The notes: generated by a model not told the origin, from the letters alone. Counted from the stretch's first letter, positions 1-13,659 are shown. The stretch is 64,000 nucleotides of DNA from Trypethelium eluteriae (GCA_051942245.1 JAVECL010000018.1:1-64000), one strand, 5' to 3'. Numbers and translations: made by a program.

Positions 1-434
1 GGAATGCAGATATGGTGATGGGCTCACAGGGGACGGGGCGAGAGGGTGGCGAAAAGATGACGATGAGAAGGGAGTTTGCGTATCTGGAGGGGAGCTCATC
101 GGGGCCTTCGAATACTTAGATTGCACTTTGGTAGTTTTAAAAAAGGGATAGAGGTTTTTGAAATATGCGCCTGGCTCACACTGCATTTTCATCATTTTGA
201 TATTAGGTAGAAAATTAGAACAGAAAATGAATTGAAAGCTCCAGAACTGAAATCTACGTGTGACGTCGCAGACCTGGTAAAATACATACATGACTGCACG
301 GACCCTCTGTTGCTAGAGCTTTCTCATTCTGCTTTTGCATCCTTGCAGAATCGACAATAACTGATCCCATCGTCCTGTTTCTTTCCCACATTCCTAACTT
401 ACCGCTCTTCGTGAAATAAGTCCGTTCTCTCGCT

Positions 435-810
435 ATGGATTCCCTCGTTAGCGGCTCCAGCCTTCCAGTGGATCCCTCCAAGCTCTCGGACAACGACAAG
501 AAGGAGATTCAGCAGTTCGTCGTGAATGAGACGCAAAAGGCACGAATTCAGCAATGTATGCTATGCTCTGGAACATCTCATTGCCTTTTCCCAAATGAAA
601 TGGCTTCATTGGGGCGTACTGACTAAATGTTACAAAACAGCAATCCATAGCCTGACGGACATGTGCTTCCGCAAATGCATCACTTCGCGCATCTCTTCCG
701 GGAGCCTGGATCGGAACGAGGAGAGTTGCACACAGAACTGTGTAGATCGATACATGGATGCGAATCATACCATCCTGAAGAAGTTGGAGGAGATGCGAAC
801 ACTGGGTTGA
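435..810 (+). CDS. TIM8: Mitochondrial intermembrane-space small Tim chaperone Tim8 (2 exons; intron 556-640)
   Basis: GTATGC...TACTGAC...ACAG intron joins ELQQF-like 'EIQQFVVNETQKARIQQ' to 'SIHSLTDMCFRKC...EESCTQNCVDRYMD', a twin CX3C motif. Confidence 0.9.
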
Positions 811-1202
811 AGGGGGTATATTGAACAGGGGAGAAGGAAGTTGGGATTGGAAGATGAGATGAGAGATGGGCCGGTCATGGAAGCAGACCAGCTGCAAGAG
901 CTTGGGAATGTATGATAAGAACGGCGCATATTGAGGGACGCTACTTAAGAGGATAGAGGAGCTCTACTTGACTGCTCTTACAATGAGTCGAGTTAGTCGG
1001 ATCCTTCTCTGCCACTTTTAAACCCGCACAAAGGGGGATTGTATCATAGAATGTACATTTATGACACTGCTCAACGAATCATAGATTGCAAGGTCAACCA
1101 ATAAAATCCGGTTTAAAGGAGTTGCTACATATTCAGCAATCTCAGCCAGTGCTCGAATGCTGAGCAGTACCACCGCATCACCGTCAATCTGCCATTTCCC
1201 GC

Positions 1203-1924
1203 TCAAACAATTGCCAATTTAGTCGCCGCGATGTCGAGAGCATCGACGTCTGGCGTAAGACGAGCAAATGCTTTTTTCCTACCATCAGGCCTGATATCAC
1301 GTAAACATCAGTCTTAATGCCCCAAAAAACATCCGCTATAAAACCAACACGCATGGGAAGTAATCAACTCACCTGATCAAAGTGTTGATCTTGACCGTGT
1401 CCACATCATACAGCTTCTTCAACGCCGCCTTGATCTGACGCTTATTCGCCTTGACATCCACCACAAACACCAACGTATTGTTCTCCTCGATCTTCTTCAT
1501 CGCGCTCTCCGTGTTGAGCGGATGAATGATCACCTTGTGCTCATCTAGCCGTGGCTCGTGCGGGATCGACTTGCGCGGGTACTTGGGCGAACGCGAGAGC
1601 TCAAGCGTCTTGGGCCGGTGAAAGGTGGTGCTTGTGCGCACCTTGCGGACTTTGTGCGAGTTGACCTGTACATACGAAAAGACAGGCCGTCAGCAGTGCC
1701 CGTGGAGTGGGTAGGGTGCTGACACGCGTGGAAGTCAGGGTGGACAGGGAGAGAGACATACACCTCGGAGGGTGGCTTTGGCGGCGGCAGAGGCCTGTTT
1801 GCCAGGCTTGGTGGGCTTGGGCCCAGGGGCTGAATTGATTAGCGTTTGTTGCTATTCATGAGCATTGAGAATCTTTAAGATACGAACCCTTCTTGCTGGC
1901 GCTCTTCGATTCCTTCGGTGCCAT
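1203..1924 (-). CDS. RPL25: 60S ribosomal protein L25 (uL23), 4 exons
   Basis: [12 protein letters not shown]...[14 protein letters not shown]...[19 protein letters not shown]...[34 protein letters not shown], with canonical GT-AG introns. Confidence 0.95.
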
Positions 1925-2130
1925 GATAAGTGCTGTTGTTCAAGACTGAGAAAGGCGTAGCAAATGCGGACTTTGGGAATTTTGGAGTTGAGCGTGCGTC
2001 GCTTAGTAGCCCGTTTCGGGTTAGCCCAGCAGCAGCCGCCAGAAGATCAACCTCAATATGCCGGCGCAACCCGACCCGACTTGCGTCTCATCCCACTCTC
2101 TACGCTCTCCTACAAACACAACATGCTCTC

Positions 2131-3102
2131 ATGCCAGCGTCAAATCGGCGCAGAGCCAAATCGCTCTCGAATGGCCGTCCACCCCTCTCACAGAAGACTT
2201 CCACAAGCCTATCCTCAAAAGCAACCCGCACCCTAATCCGCACACACCACAACCTCGAAAAAGCCCACGCCCGCGCCCTCAACACCGGCGACAGCTCCAC
2301 CGCGGAAACCCTCTCCGCCGAAATCCAAGAGCGCGGCGGCCTCAGGCTTTACCAACGCGCCAGCACCATCGGGCAGAGCGCCTCCCGCGGCGGCGACTCC
2401 AGCAAGATCCTTGTCCAATGGCTTGAGGAACTCCTTCCGTCGTCTCCAGCCCCAGCCCCAAGCGCTCCCTCTCCATTGGCCCTCCAATCTTCTCGCAACA
2501 GCGCACCTGCGCTCTCCCTCCTCGATGTCGGCTGCCTGAATCCAGAGAACCACTGCGCGCGCACGAAGCTCTTCGACCATGGTCGCGGTGTCGTGCGCAT
2601 TGATCTGCGCTCTGCGCATCCGCTGATCCAGCAACAGGATTTCATGTCGAGATCACTGCCGAGCGGAGATGCGGAGAGGTTTGATGTGTTGAGTTTGAGC
2701 CTGGTGCTGAACTATGTGCCGGATCCTGTGGGGAGGGGGGAGATGCTTCAGCGGACGAGGGAGTTTTTGCGGGTGCCGGGGGATGGTGGAGATGTGAGAG
2801 GGAGTGATGGGAAGGGAGGCACAGGCATGGCGCAGAAAAGGGCGAGGGTCCTTCCGTGTCTGTTTCTGGTGTTGCCCGCGCCTTGCGTGACGAATTCGCG
2901 GTATTTGACGGAGGAGCGGCTGGAGGAGATGATGGGGGAGCTGGGGTTTGCGCTGGTGAAGAGGAAATTGAGCGCGAAGCTGGTGTATTTTCTATGGCGG
3001 TATGATGGATCGAATACTACGAGAGAAGAAAAGGAAGTCTTTCCAAAGAAGGAAATTCGCCCTGGGAGGACAAGGAACAATTTCTGTATTGTGTTGCGCT
3101 GA
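2131..3102 (+). CDS. BMT2: 25S rRNA adenine-N1 methyltransferase Bmt2-like
   Basis: Motifs YQRASTIGQSASRGGDSSKILVQWL, LLDVGCL, IDL...QQDFM, SLSLVLNYVPDPVGRGEML, LVLPAPCVTNSRY and RNNFCIVL. ATG at 2131. Confidence 0.88.
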   Translation: MPASNRRRAKSLSNGRPPLSQKTSTSLSSKATRTLIRTHHNLEKAHARALNTGDSSTAETLSAEIQERGGLRLYQRASTIGQSASRGGDSSKILVQWLEELLPSSPAPAPSAPSPLALQSSRNSAPALSLLDVGCLNPENHCARTKLFDHGRGVVRIDLRSAHPLIQQQDFMSRSLPSGDAERFDVLSLSLVLNYVPDPVGRGEMLQRTREFLRVPGDGGDVRGSDGKGGTGMAQKRARVLPCLFLVLPAPCVTNSRYLTEERLEEMMGELGFALVKRKLSAKLVYFLWRYDGSNTTREEKEVFPKKEIRPGRTRNNFCIVLR

Positions 3103-3487
3103 CTGCATGGGGCATTTGCATTGTGGGAGGAGTTGTCAGGAAATGCATTTTGAGACACCCACTCTGCCCGCGCGAACTTGGAGCCTACTATATTTGAAGT
3201 ATCATCTGCAATTCAGTCGAGTCCGATCGGGTCGTCATGTGCATAGGATACTCGACTTCGCGGAATCTGGAGAGCTTGTAATTCGATGTTCTATCTCAAC
3301 ACTCATGCATGACCTTCCAGAATATAGAAACATCGCCAGCATGCCTGCACCATCAAGCGTAAGCCTTCTCTCATTCCGCCTGCTGTCGATCGGTTACATC
3401 TTCAAAACTACGTCGACCGGACTCAAATATTGTGTTGTTGTATGATTGGCTTCGAAGCGATGCCTTTGGTGGTAGTCAAGAAATAAC

Positions 3488-4227
3488 TTAGCGACCCTTC
3501 GAGACTCGTTGCTTAATACTCTCAAACTCAATGTCCTCTTCATCGTTGGCTTGAATATCTGCGGCGAGACCGTTGAGAGCACGCTTGATTGCTTCTTTTG
3601 ACGAGCTGTACATCATACGAGGCTGTAAAGGCAGGATGTCAGCCTCATCTTCGACACTGCGATGCGATGCGTCAAGTAGGTAAGAGCATAGCAAAGAAAC
3701 TTACATATTGCGACGCATTGTCTGGACACCACGTAATGAAGGTAATCTTGCTCCTGCTTCCCTCGCCACCCTCCAACTCGTACTCGACATCAAACACAGC
3801 ATATCTCCCGCCAATACCCTCATTCCCGCGCTTGTCCTTGCTCTTGGCGTTGACGAGCTTGTCGCGGAACGTATCCCAATTCCCCTCTTTAGAGGTCTCT
3901 TCAACGACAATCTCTTTCCAGTCGTCGCTAATTTTGTAGATGATCCATTTAAGGTCCTTGCCAAGCTTGAGCTCGTTGAAGGCGCTGATGCACTCTGGGT
4001 TGACGGAGACGCTAATGGAAAAGTATTAGATTAGTTTGGCAGTGAAAATGGAGTCGAGTGGAGATATTAGCAGTCCAGGTAAGTAACAGGAGAGCAGGAA
4101 CGGCAGTTTGTTCGTGGCACGAGGCATACGATATGGGACAAAAAACGTGGAAACCCACCCAGATTGAGCCTGACAGAATGGTTTGGTTAGTACTCGCAGA
4201 ACTCAAAGCAATAGTAGTACGTACCAT
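3488..4227 (-). CDS. COF1: Cofilin / actin-depolymerising factor (multi-exon; ATG-only first coding exon and 11-nt second exon)
   Basis: Spliced M|AQSG|VSVNPECISAFNELKLGKDLKWIIYKI...RYAVFDVEYELEGGEGSRSKITFITWCPD...RMMYSSSKEAIKRALNG...IQANDEEDIEF. Confidence 0.92.
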
Positions 4228-4875
4228 AGCGGAGGTCTGAAAAGGGAATCAATTCGTTTTTGGACCGTGATCAAAATCTGAAAAGAAATGCGCTATCAGC
4301 AGAGGTAAGCGAAGTGGGGTGGTGGGATGATGGATTAGGGTCGGAGACAATGATTTTCAGGCACAGAGAAACTTACTTAAATTGTTATATGGAGGAGATT
4401 GGTAGGAGGAGCGAGTTTGAGGAGGATAGGGGATTGATGGTAGAGAAGTGGGCTGAGCTGGGGATTGTTGTTTCTCTTCTGCCTTGAACAGGGATACGCA
4501 GCCTGGTGGGGCTGCCCAAGCGACGGAGTGAACTGAAGGGTGGGTGGGTGAGAGGACGACGACGATGGCGAAGGCGATGGCCAGTCGCCGCCCACTAAAG
4601 TACCACTTACGCTACTAAACAAATATTTTTAAATTTTTTGATCGAAGATGTAAATTATTTTACAGGCCCACCCCTCGCTCTTCCGCAATGCAGAGTATCA
4701 AACGACAAATTCGAAGTCCAGAGTGGAGTAGAAATTAACCTCTTCCGACCATGCCAAGCAAAAGGTTGTGACTTTGTACAGGTGCCTGATCATGGCATAA
4801 TTGTCCCTCGACGCGAGTCCCTTCCCATGCGCGCCAAGCTCGTTAGGGTATTGCGTGGACAGATACTCAGTAAGC

Positions 4876-6767
4876 TTAGAACATGCCACCGCCCATGCCC
4901 CCCATGCCGCCCATACCTCCACCAGGAGGCATGGCTGGTGCCTTGTCCTCCGGAGCCTCAACAATGGCAACCTCTGTGGTACCCAGTAGCGACGCAACGC
5001 CGCCAGCGTCCCTCAGTGCTGTTCGGACGACCTTGAAGGGATCAAGGATTCCGGCGCTGATCATGTCAACGTACTCGCCTTTGGCGCTGTCGAATCCCTT
5101 GTTGAACTCGCTGCCGTACTCATCCATAAGCTTGCCCACGACGACCGAGCCTTCGGACCCAGCGTTCTCGACGATTGTTCGAGCCGGCCGCGTAATCGCG
5201 TTCTTGACGATGCTGACACCGAGCTGTTGGTCAAAGTTGGTGGGTTTGAGCTGGGAAAGACCGTTGGCGGCAGCCTTGAGAAGTGCTGTACCACCACCAG
5301 GCAGGATACCTTCCTCGACGGCCGCTCGGGTCGCATTCAACGCGTCGACCATACGGTCCTTCTTTTCGCTAACTTCGACTTCGCTTGAACCTCCGACTTT
5401 GATAACCGCAACACCACCTGAGAGTTTGGCAAGACGCTCCTGCAGTTTCTCCTTCTCGTACTCGGATGTCGTAGGGTCGGCCATGACACCACGAATTTGT
5501 TCGCAGCGTTGAGCGACGGCATCCTTGGATCCTTCGCCGTTGAGAAGGACCGTGTCTTCTTTAGTGATGGTGATGCTGCCGGTGGAACCAAGCATGTCGG
5601 GTGTCGCCTTTTCAAGTTTGATATCGAGCTCGTCAGTGAAGACTGTACCGTTGGTGAGTACTCCTAGATCGCCGAGGATAGACTTTCGGTTGTCACCGAA
5701 GCCGGGAGCCTTCACTGCTGCAACTTGGAGCTGACCGCGCAGCTTGTTCAAAATGCAGACTGCTAGTGCCTCGCCATCAATGTCCTCCGCGATAATTACA
5801 AGCGGACGGCGAAGTTGTTGAGAAGCCTCGAGGGCAGGTATCACGTCTTGGACGGCAGAGATTTTCTTCTCAGAAAGAAGGAGAAGGGGTTTCTCGAATT
5901 CCACCTTCTGAGACTTGGTATCGGTGATGAAGTATGGTGAGATGAATCCTCGGTCGAACTTCATGCCTTCCGTGACTTCAAGCTCATCCTCGATCGTCTT
6001 GCCTTCCTTGACCGTAATTACACCCTCTCGGCCAACCTTCTCCATTGCGCTTGATAGCAAGGTGCCGATGTGATTATCCCCGTTGGCAGAGATGGTGGCA
6101 ACTTGCGAGATTTCCTCGCTAGTCGTCAAATCCCGCTTGTTCTTTTGAAGGTATTCCACCACAGCATCCACAGCGGCTTGGGTCCCTCGTCGAAGGTCCA
6201 TCGGGTTGCATCCTGCAGCAACGTTCTTGACAGTCTCTGAGAAGATGGCGCGAGCAAGGACGGTAGCGGTTGTCGTACCATCTCCGGCTACTTCGTTGGT
6301 TTTGGAAGCGACGTCTTGGAGAAGACGGGCGCCGAGATTCTCGAACTTATCTTTTAGAGAGACTGCTTTCGCAACAGTAACACCATCTGAAGTATAAGGT
6401 TAGGGTCAAGGAAGGCGCCAGCGGACGACAGGATATCTGACCTTTAGTGATTTTTGGAGAGCCATAGCTTGATTCAATAAGTACATTGCGTCCCTTAGGG
6501 CCAAGAGTTGTGGCTACTGCTTTTGCAAGGGTATCAACACCATTCAGAAGAGATTGTCGTCCCTCGACACCAAATCTTAGATCCTGAATGGAATACCGTT
6601 AGCATAATACAATGCAGAGTGCTCAATTCCAAAGCGAGGTACATGCATACCTTGTGGGCCCATCTCTGTTGTTGTAGGTTCACAGCAGCCGGCCGTAATC
6701 TCGAGTTTGAAGATGAAGCAGAAGAGAGGATGGAGGATTTTGTCTTTGAGGTCAACGCTCGATGCAT
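4876..6767 (-). CDS. HSP60: Mitochondrial chaperonin Hsp60 (3 exons)
   Basis: Mitochondrial presequence MHRALTSK..., then [42 protein letters not shown] and a GGM-repeat tail. Confidence 0.97.
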
Positions 6768-6874
6768 CTTGAATTACGATGCCGAAAGGAGATGTAACAG
6801 TCGTGTGAAGGAATGGTGGAACGAGGGCAAATGGAAAGGGGAAACTGGGGATTGATGGGGTCTCGCTCAAGTTT

Positions 6875-6904
6875 TTCGTGATGCTTCGAAAGTTCTCGAG
6901 CTTC
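6875..6904. promoter_or_regulatory. Heat-shock-element-like motif upstream of HSP60
   Basis: Sequence ttcGAAagTTCtcGAGcttc (alternating GAA/TTC units) lies ~120 bp upstream of the HSP60 ATG. Confidence 0.45.
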
Positions 6905-7498
6905 AAGAGCACGGACATTACTCCTAACGCACTTCGGGAATAGTGCATCCCGGTCATTTTACAACACCATTCCGAGGCATCACGAAGCCAAGCTACCTGC
7001 CGCGGTGACAACAGTGGTGCATTCGGTCCGCCTCAGTGTGAGGAGAGCACGCATGGGAACAAGCACAGTTTACCTCGCAAATAAAATCTCCTGGTACTCT
7101 ACTAGGGTTTTGATAGACATCATGACGCAAGGCATATCTCCGAATTTTGACTCAGAGAATGTACAATGGCGAGACGGACACTGTGTCACGATAATTAGAG
7201 AAAGAGTCTGCAGACTATCGTATTGGACTATCTACGTAGCTACCAGTGACCTGTGAAGGTTCGTGCTGGAAATGCTCGTCAGAGTTATTGCAAAGGCCGC
7301 ATCGCATGGACCAGCGAGCCTTTCAGAAATACACCAGTGGAAGAAAAATATGTGTCAAAAGGATACTGGTGTACACGCAAGGGAATCAGGAAACTTTTCG
7401 GGGACTGCATGCATTCGTGTGAACCGTGTGCCATTATCATCAAGCGTGCAGAGTCGTGTCATAGATTTCCACCGATCACGACTAGATCTCATATCCAG

Positions 7499-8975
7499 TC
7501 AGAACCCATCGTCAATGCGTTCATCAGCATTTCCATTGAAACCACCCATGCTGAAGTATTCGTGACTGTCTCCTGCCCTTTGATACTGCGACGTCAAAAA
7601 ATGCATGGTGGGTAAAAACGGTGTTCCACCCATCAGTGGAGTAGTGTTGCTGCCAGTGATGTTTGACCAGGTGTATGGTCCGACTTCGGGCTGTCCTCCG
7701 GAAGCGTTGGTACTCATGTTCGAATAGTCGTAGAAGTCGTTGTTTGCATAAGGAGCGCCAAATCCTGTCGAGCTATTGCGATTACTTTCAACACCTGGGA
7801 CGAAGTGGTGATGTGAACCAAGCGACTGTTGAAAAGGGCTAGCTAGGGAAGAAGAAGCCTGGTTTTGATTGTTATAGTTGTAGTCGTAGGACCCAGAATA
7901 AGGGACTGCATTGCCGTTCGTAGGATCATGCATACTGTTCAAGCCATGATTGAAGTAAAATGGGGGATGCGGAGCTGGTGTAGTGGATGGTTGTAAAAAG
8001 TTATGCGGATTGTGTGCGATCATTGTGAATGCACCTGCAGTACTTGCATCTCCTTCCGTGTGCTGAGATGTGTTCGTGTTGGTGCGGTCGTGGGCGTGAG
8101 TGGTGGGCGAGTCGGGGTTGGTCGCAACAAGGGTTTGCTTCTTTCGCCCCGGTCCTTTGGGCTTTGGAGTCGCTTTGGCCCCGGTGGTCTTGGGCTTCGC
8201 TTTCTGGGCCTTTTCCTTCGGCGAAGCGCTGTTGACACCGGTAGAACCGGGACCCTTGTCTGTTGCAATCAGCAAGATACACACAAGAATGAAAGTCAGA
8301 AGAGAAACAAAGTAAAGATATAACGACGGGAATGGCACGTGAGGGGTTTACCTACCGGGAGTGTATCCCGGGACCGTAAGACCCTGCTGGATCCGGCTTT
8401 GACGAACCTTGACCAGGTGTTGCCGGATCCCCGACTCTGTGGTCGAGTCTGAGATATGGCGAGCAATATTTCCCCAAGGTATCGAGGCCTTGGCGGCATC
8501 GCACTCGTAAACAAAGGCAAGCAGCAGCTTGATGTCCGTATCATCTACGCAGGGATGAAGTCAGCACAGTTGTGTCTTAAGGATAGACAGAACTCAGTCA
8601 AAGACGGCGCTATAATCACTTACTGGACCATCGCACGATCTCCCGATGCTCTGGACGCTTGGAGATCCGCGGCTTCTTTGCTGATGCCTTTTGTTGAGTT
8701 CTGCGAGTGCCCTGCACGATACCTTTCCCTTCCTTCTTGCCAGCCTTGGGTGAGATCGGGCCTTTTCCAGAACGGACCGCGTTGCTTCTCTTGCTATTTT
8801 TGGACTTTTTGCTGCTTGGGCTAGGCTCCCAGTCACTATCATTAGCCTCGCCAGCCGATTCGTAATCAGCGTCACTGTCGTTGGAAATTGGAGAGCCAAC
8901 AGTGACTTCGCCGGGAGCTGAGAGCTCTCCAGCGTTACTGGCATCAGAGGTCTCGAAGTGCTTGAGGGCATCCAT
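7499..8975 (-). CDS. Hypothetical nuclear protein with Myb/SANT-like domain (3 exons: 8975-8624, 8544-~8355, ~8260-7499)
   Basis: Splicing gives IVRWSNDTDIKLLLAFVYECDAAKASIPWGNIARHISDSTTESGIRQHLVKVRQSR, flanked by K-rich and low-complexity N/S/P-rich regions. Confidence 0.6.
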
Positions 8976-11900
8976 GATAGTGGCTCAGAAATGGAAGTTG
9001 GAGGAAGCTGGGTGATCGAGCGCAGAATTGAAGAAGGTGCGCGCGAGGTGATATATATCGCCCGACCAAGCCGGAGGCGGAAGTGAAGGGATCCCCGTCA
9101 CAAGCACGACCTGGTCGAGATAGGCCCCAGATCCTCTGTGATATAGGAGCACTAGCGTTGGCTGCAGCCGTCCTGAATAGGAAGTGTAGCAAAGCGTGAG
9201 CGTTCGTGGAGCCAAAGTCCCGCTGCAATCCAGCATGCAGCGGTGATTCTCAACAACACGTGCCCTTGCATCTAACATCCACTGACCTCAAGACCCACTT
9301 GGAGATAGCTGTGAAGTGGGTCTGTAGAGTCCCCCACTTGATTGAACAAGTGGATAAGGCGAATGGTGAAAGACACCAGACCACGTGCAGCAGAGAGAAG
9401 ACGAACAAGGCCCGCATAGGTGTAGGTGTGTCCAAGGGGTCCGACATCGGCGTGTATATCGAATTCTGCCAGGAGATGGTCTGTAATCTTGAATTCGAGG
9501 ATGTGTTGATTGTTGGCCCCACGTGACGAAGGAGAAGTCTGCTCCAGCGTCACCATGGCCATGTCTCCCCGAACCTTTTGAGATTAGAGTAGAAGTCCCA
9601 TCTCTTCCAGCGGCAGCTCCATCACTGCGCCTGGACCCCGCCGGACACGTTAACCATCTCTTTCCCAAGGGTACTGGCTTCCCATCTGCTCCAGCCAGAA
9701 TCTCCTACCACCATACCACCACGACCACATCTCACCAGATGGACGAAGAAGCTAGTACCGCACATGCATCTGCGATGATAGCCAACAACACCCAGAACTT
9801 TTTACAACAGTGTAGTAACAAGACCAGTAGCGATCCTTGTAGTGGCGTTCCCAACTTGGTCTCGTCTACCAAGAAATGTGGACGATGTTGTATTTTCAAT
9901 CTCTTCAGGGTATAATCTTGAGCAGCATGCATGTTCTGCGCACTGATGCAGCTATGCCTCTGCCTGACCATTGTGACGTCCGGACGAGACATTGGCGCGT
10001 AGGTGTCATTTATATGCATCAGCTATAATAGGCGGGCAGGTACTATGATTCGAAAGAATGTTAACTTTGTCCAGCGGTCCGCAAGAAACCTTTCCAAAAG
10101 TTCAGAAACATGAAGGACTGCTGTCAAGGGGAGTACACGAAAACAATCTGAATGCGAGGTCTGGTCCATGAGCATATAAGATGGGGTAAATGCTGGACTG
10201 TCAAATAGAAATGGGCGACAGGTTGCGCTCGCATAAATTTCTATTGGGAGGAAGTTGTTTTACCTTTTCACAAGTACCAAGACCCAGTCTGCTTTTCCAT
10301 AGCCAATCTAGACATCGACATCGCAATTCAAAGAGACTGTCTCTTCTCTTGGCGATTCTTTCCTTGGTGCGCTAGATACGCACAGTTAGTCTGCTTCGAT
10401 AGTTTGAGGCGACTTCCTCAGTAGTACTTTACCTTAGCTGTTGTAGATGGGATATACGGTGCAACAGCGTACAGTACTATCCCCATCAACAGTGTATTCC
10501 ATTTGTATTCGGACACGCGTAGAATAGTGCGAAGGTAAGACTTGGTTTGATCGAATCTGCATAGTCGACATGAGCGAGGACAGGACCCAAAGACGTCCCG
10601 AGCAGAGTCCGTCTGCCGTGGCTTCAAGGTGTTAAGGTCCTTCTCGTTGAACTGAAGGAGGTACGTCAAAAGATTCGCACCGTCAGTTCGAGGTTCAGAT
10701 CATCACCAAGACTTACTCCATCCATTGAAGACTCAGATCATCCATGCAAGATACTGATCCTTCACCCCCGACTGACATAGTCTATCGCCAACTAACATAG
10801 TCTATCGAGCATAGACCGGAAGTTGCATAGGTGGTGGGAGCTTCCCGAGGGAATGAGGCTGTGAGGGAAGTCCGAGGAGGTAAAAGAAGCAAGGAAGGGC
10901 AGGGAAACAAGGGAATAAAAGCCCTCAGATCACCTGAAGCAGCGAGGCTCACGTAATCTCGCGGTTGTGAGTGTGCCTGGATTCCGCTCTCAGTTTGCAC
11001 GCGCAGCTTCACAACAATAATTACCCCTGAAGGCCGGTGTACTACCCAGATAACCTTTTCTCTTTCAGGTAGGATCCATATGGCATGTTGAGCCAGTGCG
11101 GGACAATGATGAAGGGCCAACTGTGACTTTCAAACTGATGTTACGAAGAGTCGTCGATTCATTGTTATTGGTGATGTTGAGGCTCAATGCTATGCTATCA
11201 TTATCTTACACATGATCGAATGGCAAAACTGCTTCAAGTAATCGAATTGGACTCATAGTCTTCTCTCCAGTTAATCCGAGGTGATTGTAATAGGCCATGG
11301 CTGACTGCATAGGTGAGAATGTCAGTCTGACACACATGATTGAATTTGAAGGGTTCCACATCCAGCGTGGATGCTTGTTTTGGATCCACTCACGACAAGC
11401 TGAGGTGATCGCTGGGAACAGCACCATGGAGAGTTGGCACATTGCTGTGTGGGAACGGAGCAGGAGATAACACGGGGCTCGCTCTGTCCATCTACTGAAC
11501 ATGCAGCTTCGTGTAGCTCCAGGTAAAGAAGAGGCCAAGTCAAGCAAGGCTCAACGTTGTGAGGTTGCCTTGAAGTCGTATTGGAGTTGCGTCCCTGCGG
11601 CTGTCCGTGGATGCACGATCGGAAGATCGGATGCGCCATTACATGGGACGAAGCCCACAATAGGGAAAGTGGCCGCTCAAACTCTGACGAGACAGCTCTC
11701 TAATAATCTGCCCAACCTAGAATCCTCTCAAGTCCTACAATAATCTTCTTTGATTGTGAGAATGCTGTGCAACGTGATGAACTGGAATCCATCATCTGAA
11801 TTTGAACCCTGTGCTGCCAGGGTCGTCAGAAGACCCCTTGTGCGACATTGAAGGCGTAGTTGTGCAAGTGATTGCCTGTTGTAACTCGGAGCGGCTGTTG

Positions 11901-13659
11901 GGCAAGAGCTGGTGGGTCTCATTAAAGAGCATCAGTCATGGTTGCTCTTGCCTTCTCTGAAATGGTGTTCGGCCGCGTGGAAGATTTGGAGCCTCCCGCT
12001 CGTTGCCCCATAATGGACGCTCGTTGGGCCTATCACTTCCCTCGCCCCAAGACGACGAGCACTGCGCAATGTCACGCTGGCAGTTTCCCGATCTTGCGGA
12101 TGGTCTCTACCCACACGGTACCAGCAGCCTGACGTTGAGATCTGATTCTGGTAGTTGTCCCTCGAAGGGATCATGCCGCCTCTCACCAGCTGCTCGGACA
12201 TCGATGCTCCACCTTGGCGTTGGGTAGCAGTTCGTTGGCAGACTCGTGATGGTGTTGTGTCGGCATATCCCTGATCCTGTGGACTGTGCTCGGCAGTACA
12301 GGGGCGGCGTTTTGACCTTGGGTTCTTGATCTCTCACTTCGATACCCCCTCACCCCTTGCTTGGGGTTCGAAGCCTTGGCTACAGAAGAACAGCAACCAC
12401 GCCACATTCTCTGGATTAGACTGTGCTGGGCTACACCTCGCCATCATGATGCTATCCTGGCTCGTCGACATGCAAAGAGGGAAGCCACAGGTACTGCCAT
12501 CAACAAGCAGCTTGATGCTGTGACCATCGTGAAACAAGTGATCCGACCGGCGAGGTCCCAGACGACCAGCAGCGTCTCATGAGTCTGTTCACAGTCCGAT
12601 CGCACTCCTAGCAGGACCATTCAGGCGATAAATCAGCTGCTATTACCTCTTGCCGCTTGCAGCAGGACCAGGACAAGCAGCCGCCACCAGAAACGTCTCC
12701 ATCACCTGCGGCCTGTATCCAACGTGCATCCACTTGGATGCAGCTGAAGGGATCAGAATACTACACCCAGACAGCAACTCCAGCTATCGAAATGGTTAAT
12801 AGGATAATTTGTCAATGGTCTTTGTGTCGGCGACGACTTGAAACTGTCGATGCCCAACTCAGCGGGCGGGTCATGATGCTGAAGCAAGGCAAGATGCCTA
12901 CCTCCTATGCTCCTCGGCGCCCGGGCCATGACAACAACAGCGACCTTGGCCTTGGAAGGGAGAAACTCCTGGTGACTTCGCCTTTCACGATTTGCAGTTG
13001 TGACTTAACAACTACGGCTTGAAGACTGGAGGCTCAACGGTAAATGGAATCCTCACGGCTCCTTGTTCTTTATAAACTAGTTATCCCGACTCAGCGAACG
13101 ACGGCTTGATCCGAAAAGATTTGACCGTGGGAGATGGGATCTTCAAAGACCAGACAATCGAAGACTTCGCAACCTATATTATCGGCAACAATAACAGGGA
13201 CCAAAGCTCCAAAGTGGTGCAGTAAGGTCGACACGGCGAGGCTAGATAAGCGAAACCGAGCCGGCCAACGCCGACGAGAGTATTCTTCGAGCGACCGACA
13301 GCGAGCGACCGAGATCAACATGATTGACGTCGAGACGTACAATAACTTGACCGACCAGGAAAGAATTCTCGGACACTTTGCTGTAATGCATCGATCGCAA
13401 GCGTTGACGGGCCGCGAACATCCTTTGATCCTTCGAAAAGACCCTCATTAGAGGTTCAAGAAAGAGAAGGCCTCGCTCGTCCAGGACCAAGGTCTTGCCA
13501 TATCGCATCACGATCCCTTAGGCATTGAAAATTGATTCAGAGGCTCATTGGAGCCCGAGCCAAGTTGGTCATCCCTCGTCGGAGGAAGGCCAACCACGGC
13601 AAGATCACTCGAGTGCAGCCACAACGACTGACTTCAGGGAGAAATCTCGCCCCAAGGAA

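Noticed and set aside
1930..2130. N-terminal extension of the BMT2 ORF from a GTG
   Set aside because: It overlaps the RPL25/BMT2 promoter; ATG 2131 is the plausible eukaryotic start.
4883..5734. Long + strand ORFs antisense to HSP60
   Set aside because: Shadow ORFs caused by the codon bias of a highly expressed gene.
9200..13500. Numerous short ORFs on both strands
   Set aside because: No recognisable motifs or consistent exon chain; treated as non-coding or unrecognisably decayed.
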